A DNA stretch of 64,000 nucleotides, taken from the IMG/VR virus record IMGVR_UViG_3300031519_004866; one strand, written 5' to 3'. The DNA is from a virus. A model generated the notes under the pieces. The model worked only from the letters and a program-made list of their open reading frames with translations, made no database searches and was not told the DNA's origin. Shown piece by piece: positions 55,992-64,000 of this stretch. The first letter of the stretch is position 1. Each line of letters opens with the position of its first letter. The position numbers and the translations under genes are program-made.

Positions 55992-56318
55992 CTACTTTTT
56001 AAGAGTGAATGATTCGCCACAGCCGCAAGTTGCGTCTTCCCAAGGATTTTTGAATTGAAACCCTTCGTTGAGTCCTTCTTTGACATAATCTAGATGAGTT
56101 CCGTCTATCATTACTAGTGACTTTTTATCAACAATAATCTTTATACCGTTGGAGTCAAACACAGTATCATCATCATTAAGTGTATCAACAAACTCTAAAA
56201 CATATGCATATCCTGAGCAACCAGTAGTTTTTATCTTAACTCTAAGTCCTAGGCCTTTGCCACGAGTTTCTAAGAAGCCAGATACACGGGTTGCACCATC
56301 CTCAGTAATTGTTATCAC
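55992..56318 (-). CDS. iscA: A-type Fe-S carrier protein IscA
   Basis: [20 protein letters not shown]. Confidence 0.93.
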   Translation of the reverse strand: MITITEDGATRVSGFLETRGKGLGLRVKIKTTGCSGYAYVLEFVDTLNDDDTVFDSNGIKIIVDKKSLVMIDGTHLDYVKEGLNEGFQFKNPWEDATCGCGESFTLKK

Positions 56319-56683
56319 TTAGATTTATAATCTGCAATAGCAGCTTTGATAGCATCTTCTGCTAGTACACTGCAATGTATCTTTACTGGAGGTAGAGCAA
56401 GTTCAGTTGCAAGGTCTGTGTTCTTTATCTCACTTGCGCCTTCTAATGTCATTCCTTTAACCCATTCAGTGAGTAAGCTACTACTTGCAATAGCACTACC
56501 ACATCCATATGTTTTAAACTTAGCATCAGTGATTATGTTATCTTCTACTTTAATTTGCAGACGCATAACATCGCCACACGCAGGAGCTCCTACCATTCCA
56601 GTTCCAATGCTATCATCTATTTCCCACTTACCAACATTACGAGGGTTTTCGTAATGGTCCATCACTTTATCTGAATACGCCAC
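56315..56683 (-). CDS. iscU: Fe-S scaffold IscU (copy 1)
   Basis: [40 protein letters not shown]. Confidence 0.95.
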   Translation of the reverse strand: MAYSDKVMDHYENPRNVGKWEIDDSIGTGMVGAPACGDVMRLQIKVEDNIITDAKFKTYGCGSAIASSSLLTEWVKGMTLEGASEIKNTDLATELALPPVKIHCSVLAEDAIKAAIADYKSK

Positions 56684-56716
56684 GGCTGCGTCCTCTTAGT
56701 TAATGTATCTTTTATT

Positions 56717-56752
56717 GCTAGTTTATTACTAGCTACTAGTTTATTACTAGCT
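56717..56752. repeat. 18-bp tandem duplication with internal palindromes
   Basis: CTAGTTTATTACTAGCT at 56718-56734 and 56736-56752; each copy has CTAGT/ACTAG arms. Confidence 0.9.
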
Positions 56753-56935
56753 TAATTGGCCTCTACGAGTAAGTTCGTTACGTAGCTTTTGTTTAAATTT
56801 TGGAGTAGTATTGTGTGCTTCATATGCACTTGTTAACTCTGTTAACGGAGTAGATTGCATATAAAAGTTTTGAATAGATTTTTTTCCTGTAGATCGATCT
56901 ACAGTGATTTGTGTTGGTTTAAATTTAATTGGCAT
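56747..56935 (-). CDS. Small hypothetical protein between the two iscU genes
   Basis: 62 aa, TAATG-coupled to iscU copy 2. Confidence 0.65.
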   Translation of the reverse strand: MPIKFKPTQITVDRSTGKKSIQNFYMQSTPLTELTSAYEAHNTTPKFKQKLRNELTRRGQLS

Positions 56936-57363
56936 TATTCAGGTCCTCTGTTGTGTTTGCGCTTTGCTTTCTTTTCGTCCCAATCTTGCAGGGCACGTTT
57001 AATTGAATCTTCAGCTAACACTGAACAATGTAATTTAATTGGAGGAAGTTCTAATGCAGCAGCAATATCTTTATCTTTGATCTCTAATGCTTGTGTCATT
57101 GTAAGACCAGTAAGCATTTCAACAAACATTGTTGAACTTGCTATTGCACTGCCACATCCATATGTTTTAAATTTTACATCTTCAATAACATCAGTGTCAG
57201 GATTAACTTTTAAATCAAGTTTCATAACATCACCACACGCCGGTGCTCCTGTCATTCCTGTTGCTACATTAGGATCGTTTGGATCAAAGCGGCCCACGCC
57301 ATGCTTTGCCGGATTGTTTAGAACGTCTTCAAAACGATCTACTACTTTTTGTGAATATGCCAT
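56935..57363 (-). CDS. iscU: Fe-S scaffold IscU (copy 2, divergent)
   Basis: [24 protein letters not shown]; N-terminal insertion VDRFEDVLNNPAKHG. Confidence 0.93.
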   Translation of the reverse strand: MAYSQKVVDRFEDVLNNPAKHGVGRFDPNDPNVATGMTGAPACGDVMKLDLKVNPDTDVIEDVKFKTYGCGSAIASSTMFVEMLTGLTMTQALEIKDKDIAAALELPPIKLHCSVLAEDSIKRALQDWDEKKAKRKHNRGPE

Positions 57364-57386
57364 AAATTTTTAGTTATTATTTTAAT

Positions 57387-57415
57387 AGTATAACAAAACT
57401 ATTCTTATTTGTCAA
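57387..57415 (-). promoter_or_regulatory. sigma70-type promoter for the iscU-orf-iscU-iscA cassette
   Basis: TTGACA-17 nt-TATACT. Confidence 0.8.
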
Positions 57416-57423
57416 CCAATTTA

Positions 57424-57579
57424 TTAAATGTCACAACTAAATGTTGCACGAGGTGTGACTTTATCTATGTCGATCTTTTTTGCGTCTTCGACACTTACGC
57501 TTGATGAAATTTTACAGTTCTTTGCAGAGCAACTAGATATCATCGTAGATAGAAAAACTACTAATATTAGTTTTAACAT
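57424..57579 (-). CDS. Small lipoprotein (51 aa; absent from the ORF track)
   Basis: Hand translation MLKLILVVFLSTMISSCSAKNCKISSSVSVEDAKKIDIDKVTPRATFSCDI; lipobox ISSC; TAATG-coupled to the o-spanin. Confidence 0.7.
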   Translation of the reverse strand: MLKLILVVFLSTMISSCSAKNCKISSSVSVEDAKKIDIDKVTPRATFSCDI

Positions 57580-57947
57580 TACTCTACGCTATCAGGTTTT
57601 CCTGATTCGTAGTACTCTTTGTATTCGTTTATAATGGCGTCTTGTTTAAGCATATACGCCCGTATATGCGCAAAGTTCTTAGCAAGGGACTCATACCCTT
57701 CATCTGTTAAACCGAACAACACAGCGTCTGTATTTTTCTTTTTAAGTTTAGCAAATACTTCTTCTGCGTTTTCGCTAGTAATAATAATAAATTTAAGTTG
57801 CTCTAACTCAGCAACTTCAGGCTTAGAAAGATTTAATGGTGTTCTTTCAATAGGTTTACTAAACACGTCTAACTGAGATACAGTTGAACAACCAGTAAGT
57901 GCTACTCCTAGTAGCACAACTAAAAATATATTTTTAATATGGTACAT
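57579..57947 (-). CDS. Outer-membrane spanin (Rz1-like lipoprotein)
   Basis: Signal peptide with lipobox LTGC; overlaps the i-spanin 3' end. Confidence 0.75.
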   Translation of the reverse strand: MYHIKNIFLVVLLGVALTGCSTVSQLDVFSKPIERTPLNLSKPEVAELEQLKFIIITSENAEEVFAKLKKKNTDAVLFGLTDEGYESLAKNFAHIRAYMLKQDAIINEYKEYYESGKPDSVE

Positions 57948-58419
57948 AGTTTGGGTTCGCTATACTTGGGCATTCAGGATTAATTTCAGATTTCTTAGTT
58001 GCCGTTTCTTCTTTTTCGGTTAATGGAGAGCCCATCGCTATTTCTACACAACGCATGGCGTTCTTTGTTCCGGTGTTAATTGCACGTTCAATTAGTCTAG
58101 GCTTTTGTTGAGCCAAGTTACCAATGTCACGTTTCTCACCACTTGCATTTATTTTGTTAAACTTATCGTTAAGATTATTAAGTTCAGCGTTTAACACTCT
58201 AGTTTGATCTTCAAGATTGTTTTTAGCAACATTAATTGCTGTAAAATCTTTTTGCATTTGTTCTAGTGCTGCTTTTTGTTCACCTACTGCTGTTGTTAGC
58301 TTTACGTTGTTAGCTTCGCTAACAGCAAGATCTGACTTTAAAGTTTTAACGTACACTACGCCACCACCTGCACCAGCTAACATTATTAATACTATTGCAA
58401 TCTTGATTGAACTAAACAT
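57934..58419 (-). CDS. Inner-membrane spanin (Rz-like)
   Basis: Single N-terminal TM then a long coiled coil; directly after the endolysin. Confidence 0.75.
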   Translation of the reverse strand: MFSSIKIAIVLIMLAGAGGGVVYVKTLKSDLAVSEANNVKLTTAVGEQKAALEQMQKDFTAINVAKNNLEDQTRVLNAELNNLNDKFNKINASGEKRDIGNLAQQKPRLIERAINTGTKNAMRCVEIAMGSPLTEKEETATKKSEINPECPSIANPNYVPY

Positions 58420-58423
58420 ACGT

Positions 58424-59290
58424 TTATCCTAGTAATTTCTCAAGTGTTTTTGGACCAGCAATACCATCAGCAGTTAAGCCGTTAGTAGTTTGCCATTCTT
58501 TTAATGCACGTTCTGTGCCAGGACCAAATGCTCCGTCTGCGCCAACACCTAATGCTTCTTGCATCATTTTAACGCCTTCGCCACGTGAACCTTTACGTAG
58601 TACACCAATGTCATCAATTTCAAAATCGTCATCACCTGCATCATCTGTAAGTGTTACGGGGTTACCAAATACTTCCATTGCTTTCTTATAACGTGTCTGA
58701 CGCGACTCAAGTCCAATGTTACCACCGTTAATAATTTTAGTCATCTTTGTAACATCATCTGTGTCTGCAATGTTATTTAGGTTCTTTGCATTCCAAAACC
58801 AACATGCTGACTCTACTGCACCAGCTGGAGTTGCAACATATTCTGCTGCTTCTTCTGCTGTCATATTTACACTAGCACCAAACTTGGTGTAGTTCTCACG
58901 ACCAGTAAGTTGTTTTAGTCCACGTCCGCGGAACAACCAACCGTCACCTTCGTTTGTATTGCCCATCTTGTACTTACGATACTTGTCGAAGTAAACACGG
59001 TTTGCAATCTTTTCTGGGTTACGTGCATATTCTGCTGCACTAGCTTTTGGTGCATCACCAAAGTAACGTCCAAATACAGCAAGTAGTGATTTTTCACTGT
59101 AGTTTAAGTTTTCTTCTAAACTACGGAAGTTATTTGATTCATGAGCACATTGGCTAATAAAGTGCGCCATGCGTCTTTCTGTGTCAATACCGTATTTAGG
59201 TAGCACATCTACAAGTGCCGCATGCCATCCGTCTACATTTTTATTACCTGGAATAAGTTTTTCCAGATGCCCTTTTTCTAATTTAAACAT
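58424..59290 (-). CDS. Endolysin: GH19 (chitinase-like) domain plus C-terminal peptidoglycan-binding domain
   Basis: AHFISQCAHES, FRGRGLKQLTGRENY, INGG; PG-binding LRKGSRG..V..MQEAL...DG.FGPGT...DGIAGPKT. Confidence 0.9.
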   Translation of the reverse strand: MFKLEKGHLEKLIPGNKNVDGWHAALVDVLPKYGIDTERRMAHFISQCAHESNNFRSLEENLNYSEKSLLAVFGRYFGDAPKASAAEYARNPEKIANRVYFDKYRKYKMGNTNEGDGWLFRGRGLKQLTGRENYTKFGASVNMTAEEAAEYVATPAGAVESACWFWNAKNLNNIADTDDVTKMTKIINGGNIGLESRQTRYKKAMEVFGNPVTLTDDAGDDDFEIDDIGVLRKGSRGEGVKMMQEALGVGADGAFGPGTERALKEWQTTNGLTADGIAGPKTLEKLLG

Positions 59291-60030
59291 TAATCTGCCC
59301 TTTGTAATAACATGGCTTTGTCGCCATTTGTGAACAAGAAGTTATCGCCCATTTTGCTAATATTGTAGTCGCCTAACACTTTGCTTAACCAAAATGTTTC
59401 TGAACTGGCGCCTACATCAATTTGCGTTGGTGCATCGATCCCTTCGATTATATCTTTCGTTCTTCCTTCTTTAATCCATCTTAACTTAACAGTTTTATTA
59501 AATGGTTTATAGATAGTAATTAAGTCGTCTTGTAATTCTAAGTTATCCATTAAGGTTTTACTAAAGAAAGATTTAACTTCGTTGACTCTAAACTTTGCCA
59601 TCTTTGCTTCGTACATTTGCCCATCAGCTGGAATTACTTCTTTTAAATTTTCAGTAGTTACATCTCTAGTAGTATCGTCTTTGTAGTACTGAAACTTCCA
59701 CTCGTTAATATTAGTTAGTTTTGAAATACCGTAAATTAATTCTTTAACTTGTTCTGCTATTTGTTTACTTCTTTCAATCTCAACAAATACTGAATATTCG
59801 CCTTCTTCGTTTTCACCTGAACTAACATCTGCGTCTAGAACAAAAGAAAATCCTTTTTCAATAAACTCCATTAAATCTTTTGCAGGATATCTATCTTTAG
59901 CTTGAAACGTAACAACACATACGTCTCGGTCTTCACCCATTTTAGATCTAAACTTATCTACTTCAAAAATTGGATAGATTAGATCTTCTAAATCACCTTT
60001 GCGTAATCCTTCTTCTAATACTTTATACAT
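59290..60030 (-). CDS. Hypothetical late protein
   Basis: Likely start ATG 60030 (MYKVLEEGLR), overlapping the upstream gene. Confidence 0.7.
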   Translation of the reverse strand: MYKVLEEGLRKGDLEDLIYPIFEVDKFRSKMGEDRDVCVVTFQAKDRYPAKDLMEFIEKGFSFVLDADVSSGENEEGEYSVFVEIERSKQIAEQVKELIYGISKLTNINEWKFQYYKDDTTRDVTTENLKEVIPADGQMYEAKMAKFRVNEVKSFFSKTLMDNLELQDDLITIYKPFNKTVKLRWIKEGRTKDIIEGIDAPTQIDVGASSETFWLSKVLGDYNISKMGDNFLFTNGDKAMLLQRAD

Positions 60031-60556
60031 CTGCTGGGACCTCTGATGTTTCTGCTGCTTGAGCTTGTTCGTCTGCAGGTTCAAGGTTCATGTTAACAGC
60101 ATTATTAGACAATATGTCTTGTACTTTGTTCTTGTCAAGGTTTTTATATCCACGGTCGATATTTTTCATTAAACGTTTTGGCATAGTAATCTTTACCATC
60201 CAAATGTCTTCGTAGTCGATCTTACCTTTTCTAGTTCCAGGACGGATATCATTTACATCTTTAATTTTTCTAACTTTAGCAACTGCTGATTCTGCAAACT
60301 GTACCTTACACCCGTACTCTAAAAGTCTCTTTCCACCCTCAGGTTCAGGCATTTCTTTGTGAGGCCACATAAATGTACACTCAACAAAGTATCTACTTTC
60401 TTTTGGACCGGCTACTAATTCACCGTCAAGCCATCCGTCAAACACATATACATCTAATTCGTCGAATACACGCTCAAAGTCTTTGAGTAGGTTTAAACTG
60501 TTGTTAGACCCGTAAATTTGTTCAATGTTTGCAATGATATCTTTAGTACTTGCCAT
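60023..60556 (-). CDS. Hypothetical late protein
   Basis: 177 aa after an ATAAATA motif. Confidence 0.75.
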   Translation of the reverse strand: MASTKDIIANIEQIYGSNNSLNLLKDFERVFDELDVYVFDGWLDGELVAGPKESRYFVECTFMWPHKEMPEPEGGKRLLEYGCKVQFAESAVAKVRKIKDVNDIRPGTRKGKIDYEDIWMVKITMPKRLMKNIDRGYKNLDKNKVQDILSNNAVNMNLEPADEQAQAAETSEVPADV

Positions 60557-60584
60557 GTTAGTCTTGTCCCTATTTGTATATATG

Positions 60585-60591
60585 TATTTAT
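60585..60591 (-). promoter_or_regulatory. T4-late-like promoter (ATAAATA) heading the lysis operon
   Basis: GCATAAATACA in the divergent intergenic region. Confidence 0.6.
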
Positions 60592-60633
60592 GCTCAAAAT
60601 TAAACTAAGAGCTTTATAAATGGATAGAACGAG

Positions 60634-60639
60634 TAAATA
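60634..60639 (+). promoter_or_regulatory. T4-late-like promoter (TAAATA) for phoH
   Basis: GTAAATACT, divergent from the 60585 motif. Confidence 0.45.
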
Positions 60640-60727
60640 CTTATATGTTCGAACACGGACCTATGTCATCAATACTGTTGTTACGTCCTTGCTCGAATAC
60701 CCACAAAGCACGGAGGATATGCTTAAT

Positions 60728-61453
60728 ATGAAGTCAAAAAGAAAACAACAATCTCATCAACAAACTTCCCACTCCACATATAATAATGTAATCAACATTA
60801 ATCAAAAGAAAAAACGTGTAGTAATTACACCTAAAAACAAATCTCAAGAAACATATTTAGAAATGTTAAATGACAATCGCACACACATTGTGTTTGCAAT
60901 TGGACCAGCAGGCACAGGTAAAACTATGCTGGGTGTACAATGGGCTATTGATCAATGGAAAGATACGAATTTTGAAAAAATTGTTATTACGAGACCGGCA
61001 GTTAGTGTTGACGAGCAGCATGGGTTTTTACCAGGTACGCTAGAAGAAAAGATGGCGCCATGGACGAGACCTATATTTGATGTGTTCGGAGACAATTTTA
61101 ATCAGGCTGAAGTTGAAAGACAGATGCGTGAAAAGGTACTTGAAATTAGTCCTTTAGCATACATGCGTGGCAGAACATTTAAAAACTCTGTGATTATAGC
61201 AGATGAAATGCAAAATGCAACGCCTAATCAGATGAAAATGCTTCTCACTAGGTTAGGTGAAGGAAGCAAGATGGTGGTAACCGGTGACTTAGGACAGGCT
61301 GATAGGCCTTCGAGTAACGGGTTATTAGAGTTCCTTGGGTTGTATAACAACTTCCAGAACCATCAATATGTTGATATCTGTCAGTTTGATCACAGTGATA
61401 TCGAAAGACATGAAGCTGTAAGAGAAATTTTACAAATGTACGGCGACGAGTAA
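60728..61453 (+). CDS. phoH: PhoH-family ATPase
   Basis: GPAGTGKT, ITRPAV, PLAYMRGRTF, IADEMQN, VTGD..Q.DR; GGAGG RBS before ATG 60728. Confidence 0.95.
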   Translation: MKSKRKQQSHQQTSHSTYNNVININQKKKRVVITPKNKSQETYLEMLNDNRTHIVFAIGPAGTGKTMLGVQWAIDQWKDTNFEKIVITRPAVSVDEQHGFLPGTLEEKMAPWTRPIFDVFGDNFNQAEVERQMREKVLEISPLAYMRGRTFKNSVIIADEMQNATPNQMKMLLTRLGEGSKMVVTGDLGQADRPSSNGLLEFLGLYNNFQNHQYVDICQFDHSDIERHEAVREILQMYGDE

Positions 61454-61457
61454 TTAG

Positions 61458-61490
61458 ATAAGGGGGGTTAAACTCCCCCTTATTCTTCTT
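61458..61490. terminator. Bidirectional intrinsic terminator
   Basis: ATAAGGGGG-GTTAAACT-CCCCCTTAT between convergent genes. Confidence 0.75.
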
Positions 61491-61593
61491 GGAATCTATC
61501 GCGGAGCGAGTCTAAAAGCTCAATGAGTTCGTCTATAAGATTTTGATCTTGTTGTTGAGATGTGTCTACTTCTACTTCTATTTTAATTTTCAT
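61480..61593 (-). CDS. Small 37-aa protein (absent from the ORF track)
   Basis: Hand translation [37 protein letters not shown]; TAATG-coupled to the ferredoxin. Confidence 0.65.
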   Translation of the reverse strand: MKIKIEVEVDTSQQQDQNLIDELIELLDSLRDRFQEE

Positions 61594-61937
61594 TAGTCTA
61601 TTTGTATTGCGGGTATAGCCTTAAACAGGTGCGTCTTATCTTCTGCACTCTGAGTATACTTTTCGTATTCATCCATAGGCGGCTTTTGATCTACAATGTT
61701 AGGCCAGTTAGCTGTTTCGGAAAAATACTGATTATGCTTATACCATTTGTTTTCTGTATCATCTGTTTGAAAGATTGCATCTTCGGGGCATTCAGGAATA
61801 CACACGCCGCAATCAATACATTCATCTGGGTTAATTACTAACATGTTTTCACCTTCGTAAAAACAGTCTACTGGGCATACGCTAACACACGTTGTGTGTT
61901 TGCACATTATACATTTGTCATCTACTAAATGAGCCAC
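61593..61937 (-). CDS. fdxA: 7Fe-type dicluster ferredoxin (FdxA-like)
   Basis: [21 protein letters not shown]...[15 protein letters not shown]. Confidence 0.9.
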   Translation of the reverse strand: MAHLVDDKCIMCKHTTCVSVCPVDCFYEGENMLVINPDECIDCGVCIPECPEDAIFQTDDTENKWYKHNQYFSETANWPNIVDQKPPMDEYEKYTQSAEDKTHLFKAIPAIQID

Positions 61938-62851
61938 TATAGCCTCGCCAGTTTAATAAGTGTTGCAGCCAAGTTAATTTCTGGATCAGCAACTAATGCG
62001 TGATCAACAAGACCTTGTTTAATAATAATAACTGCTGTATCTTGTTTTTCTTCTTCACCAAATATTTCTAAGTTATCATATAACCAACGATAAATCTCTT
62101 CCATTTCTTCAGCACGTACTTTACCACACAGTAGTTTTCTAGCTTGAGTAATCTTACCTGCTTTAAATAACTCAACCATTTCAAACTTCCAGTCAGCTTC
62201 GCCCTCGTCACCTTTGCTTGGCGCACTAAGTTTAGTTCCGCTTACGTTTTGCTGTACCATGTTAATACATTTACGTAAATCTGGATACGCTACTTTTACA
62301 TAACTGTCAAGAGTGTCAAGATCAAAGTCAATATTTTCAGTTACAAGAATAGTTGCTACACGAGCAGTAAACTCTGTTTGGTCAATCTTTTCAATATGAA
62401 AGCCTTGACAACGACTATGGATAGCAGGAATAATTCTATTAGGATAGTTACACGTTAAAATAAATCTTGATGTACTGTGATACTCTTCCATTACACCACG
62501 CAATGCTGCTTGTGCGTTAGGACTCAAGTAATCAGCCTCATCAAGCAATACAACTTTGAACGGACCAAAAGGAATCATTTGTACAAAGTTTGTAATCTTA
62601 TCTCGAATGTCATCAACTGAATTGTTTCTTGATGCGTTAATTTGTAATACGTCAAACTCTTCAATGCCTAGTTCATTAACTAGTAACTTAGCCATTGTTG
62701 TTTTACCAATGCCTGCACTACCGCTAAACAACAAGTGCGGAATACTTACATCGCTAACCCATGCTTGTACTTGTGCTTTCTGATGATTGTCCTTAAACAC
62801 ATAATCATCTATTGTATTAGGACGATACTTTTCTACCCAAAGTTCTTTCAT
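61937..62851 (-). CDS. Clamp-loader ATPase subunit (T4 gp44 / RFC small subunit-like)
   Basis: [29 protein letters not shown] motif. Confidence 0.93.
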   Translation of the reverse strand: MKELWVEKYRPNTIDDYVFKDNHQKAQVQAWVSDVSIPHLLFSGSAGIGKTTMAKLLVNELGIEEFDVLQINASRNNSVDDIRDKITNFVQMIPFGPFKVVLLDEADYLSPNAQAALRGVMEEYHSTSRFILTCNYPNRIIPAIHSRCQGFHIEKIDQTEFTARVATILVTENIDFDLDTLDSYVKVAYPDLRKCINMVQQNVSGTKLSAPSKGDEGEADWKFEMVELFKAGKITQARKLLCGKVRAEEMEEIYRWLYDNLEIFGEEEKQDTAVIIIKQGLVDHALVADPEINLAATLIKLARL

Positions 62852-63261
62852 TTGTTTGCCTCGCTTATTCGTTTTCTCAAATTAGATGTGCTAAATGAGT
62901 GTTGTCTTTTATTATAATATATTTCTATGCCTTTGTCAACACAAATCTGTTTACCAGAGAAATCTTTTTTCTTATATTCTTCACCAATAAATCTACGATC
63001 AATAGTATAAGTTAGCAGTATATCTAGTAAATCTTGCTCGGTTTCGTAAGGGATAATTTCATCAATATACGAACAACCTTTTAGTTGTACATATCTTTCA
63101 AACACACTTTGGATAGGTTTGTTCTTTTCAGGACGGTCGATAGTAGGATCCGTTTGTAGTCCTACAATTAAGTAGTTACAATGCTCACTTGCTTCTTTAA
63201 GCATAGCAACATGTCCACTATGAAATAAATCAAAACTACTAAACGTAATTCCTACTGTCAT
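62848..63261 (-). CDS. Glycerol-3-phosphate cytidylyltransferase-like (TagD/RfaE-type) protein
   Basis: FSSFDLFHSGH (HxGH), LIVGLQTD, ER...L.GC.YIDEI, RQHSFSTS. Confidence 0.85.
   Translation of the reverse strand: MTVGITFSSFDLFHSGHVAMLKEASEHCNYLIVGLQTDPTIDRPEKNKPIQSVFERYVQLKGCSYIDEIIPYETEQDLLDILLTYTIDRRFIGEEYKKKDFSGKQICVDKGIEIYYNKRQHSFSTSNLRKRISEANK
62911..62939 (-). promoter_or_regulatory. sigma70-type promoter for the clamp loader, internal to the upstream CDS
   Basis: TTGACA-17 nt-TATAAT. Confidence 0.7.
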
Positions 63262-63274
63262 ATCGTTGTCCTTT

Positions 63275-63685
63275 TTAGAGATCGCCATCTTTTCTGTTTT
63301 CGCTATAATGTACATCAAACTCTCCGCCCGGATAACGAGCTTTTAGTTTGTTTACATTTTCAGCAATTACTTCGTTAGGGTCAATACTAAGAGCCCTGCA
63401 GCTATTAATCCAATACCAAATAATATCGCCAAGTTCTCGTTTAGCATGAAATATAGTTTCATCGTCAAGTGGTTTACCTTGGAAGATACATTTTTTAACA
63501 ATTTCTGCAAATTCGCCTCCTTCACTCGCCATTCCAATCGAGCCTGTTAGTAGTAGTGCCATGTTAACACCACTTTGGGTTTCTAGGCTATCTAGTGTTT
63601 TTGATAGTTCAGCAGTATTATTACTTGCTGTACTAGTTACTTCTTTTACAAATTCTTGATAGCGATTTAAGTCTACGTTGTTCAA
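63275..63685 (-). CDS. MazG-like nucleotide pyrophosphohydrolase
   Basis: GMASEGGEFAEIVKK...ELGDIIWY...N..KL..RYP; TTG start with AGGAGA RBS. Confidence 0.9.
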   Translation of the reverse strand: MNNVDLNRYQEFVKEVTSTASNNTAELSKTLDSLETQSGVNMALLLTGSIGMASEGGEFAEIVKKCIFQGKPLDDETIFHAKRELGDIIWYWINSCRALSIDPNEVIAENVNKLKARYPGGEFDVHYSENRKDGDL

Positions 63686-63711
63686 CAGTCTTTCTCCTTA
63701 TGTTACTCTTT

Positions 63712-63740
63712 ATTATATAGTAGTGTTTAATAGTTGTCAA
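63712..63740 (-). promoter_or_regulatory. sigma70-type promoter for the mazG operon
   Basis: TTGACA-17 nt-TATAAT. Confidence 0.85.
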
Positions 63741-63749
63741 CCCCTAAGC

Positions 63750-63755
63750 TAAATA
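63750..63755 (+). promoter_or_regulatory. T4-late-like promoter (TAAATA)
   Basis: GCTAAATAT, back-to-back with the sigma70 promoter. Confidence 0.45.
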
Positions 63756-63793
63756 TTTTTAACAGCAATCGCTGGTTAACAGGAGAACAACCC

Positions 63794-63982
63794 ATGATTA
63801 AGAATCTTTCACTAAACTTAGAAGTAGGTCAAGAAATCCTTGTTGGTAAAAACAACAAGCGAGCAATTATTACTAAGATTGAGTTTCACGAGAAGTCAGG
63901 GGAGGTCACAATAAACACGACCCAAGGTCCGCGAAAAGCATTAACCTTTAGATTAATGCCTGAAATCGCTTACGCTTATTAA
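63794..63982 (+). CDS. Small hypothetical beta-rich protein
   Basis: 62 aa from ATG 63794 with AGGAG RBS. Confidence 0.7.
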   Translation: MIKNLSLNLEVGQEILVGKNNKRAIITKIEFHEKSGEVTINTTQGPRKALTFRLMPEIAYAY

Positions 63983-64000
63983 TTTGCGCCGAACATGCCC

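Noticed and set aside
57428-57634. 68-aa plus-strand ORF from the track
   Set aside because: The opposite strand encodes a coupled lipoprotein (57424..57579) with a clear lipobox, which explains the region better.
1-64000. CRISPR array, tRNA/rRNA genes, integrase or transposase
   Set aside because: No regularly spaced repeat-spacer pattern, cloverleaf or recombinase motif was seen, and intergenic gaps are mostly under 130 nt. A tRNAscan/CRISPR-finder run would confirm.
1-64000. Alternative genetic code (stop-codon reassignment, as in some large phages)
   Set aside because: Long genes are intact in code 11, and TAA, TAG (e.g. 14194, 26193) and TGA (e.g. 11044) all end genes right at the next start.

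Overview
AT-rich, densely coding 64-kb segment of a large T4-superfamily-like (myovirus-type) dsDNA phage. It uses the standard genetic code and probably infects a Gram-negative aquatic proteobacterium (two spanins, proteobacterial-type IscU/IscA/FdxA). Layout: (1) + strand 1-15.3 kb, late virion module with a 5'-truncated giant structural gene and four paralogous tail-fibre/baseplate genes; (2) + strand 15.3-27.5 kb, a ~12-kb glycan/modification cluster (GT-A-like glycosyltransferases, two radical SAM enzymes, two GT10-like proteins, an SGNH protein, UDP-glucose dehydrogenase); (3) - strand 27.6-44.6 kb, early/replication genes (RNase H, family-B polymerase, sliding clamp, DsbA) interleaved with a 7-deazaguanine DNA-modification locus (QueE, FolE, DpdA/TGT-fold, QueD-paralogue of DpdL type) that unusually contains a GT4-type glycosyltransferase, an unknown 176-aa protein and a PRTase/HIT/cupin trio; (4) - strand 44.7-51 kb, late genes resembling head-internal polyproteins; (5) ClpA-PDF-DnaJ, IscA plus two IscU, a lysis cassette, PhoH, ferredoxin, clamp loader, cytidylyltransferase and MazG. 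Consensus sigma70 promoters and T4-late-like TAAATA promoters are both visible. No tRNA, rRNA, CRISPR array, integrase or transposase was recognised. Best candidate for an undescribed system: a possibly glycosylated, clamp-coupled 7-deazaguanine DNA hypermodification pathway. All functional calls rest on motif recognition by eye; no database searches were run.
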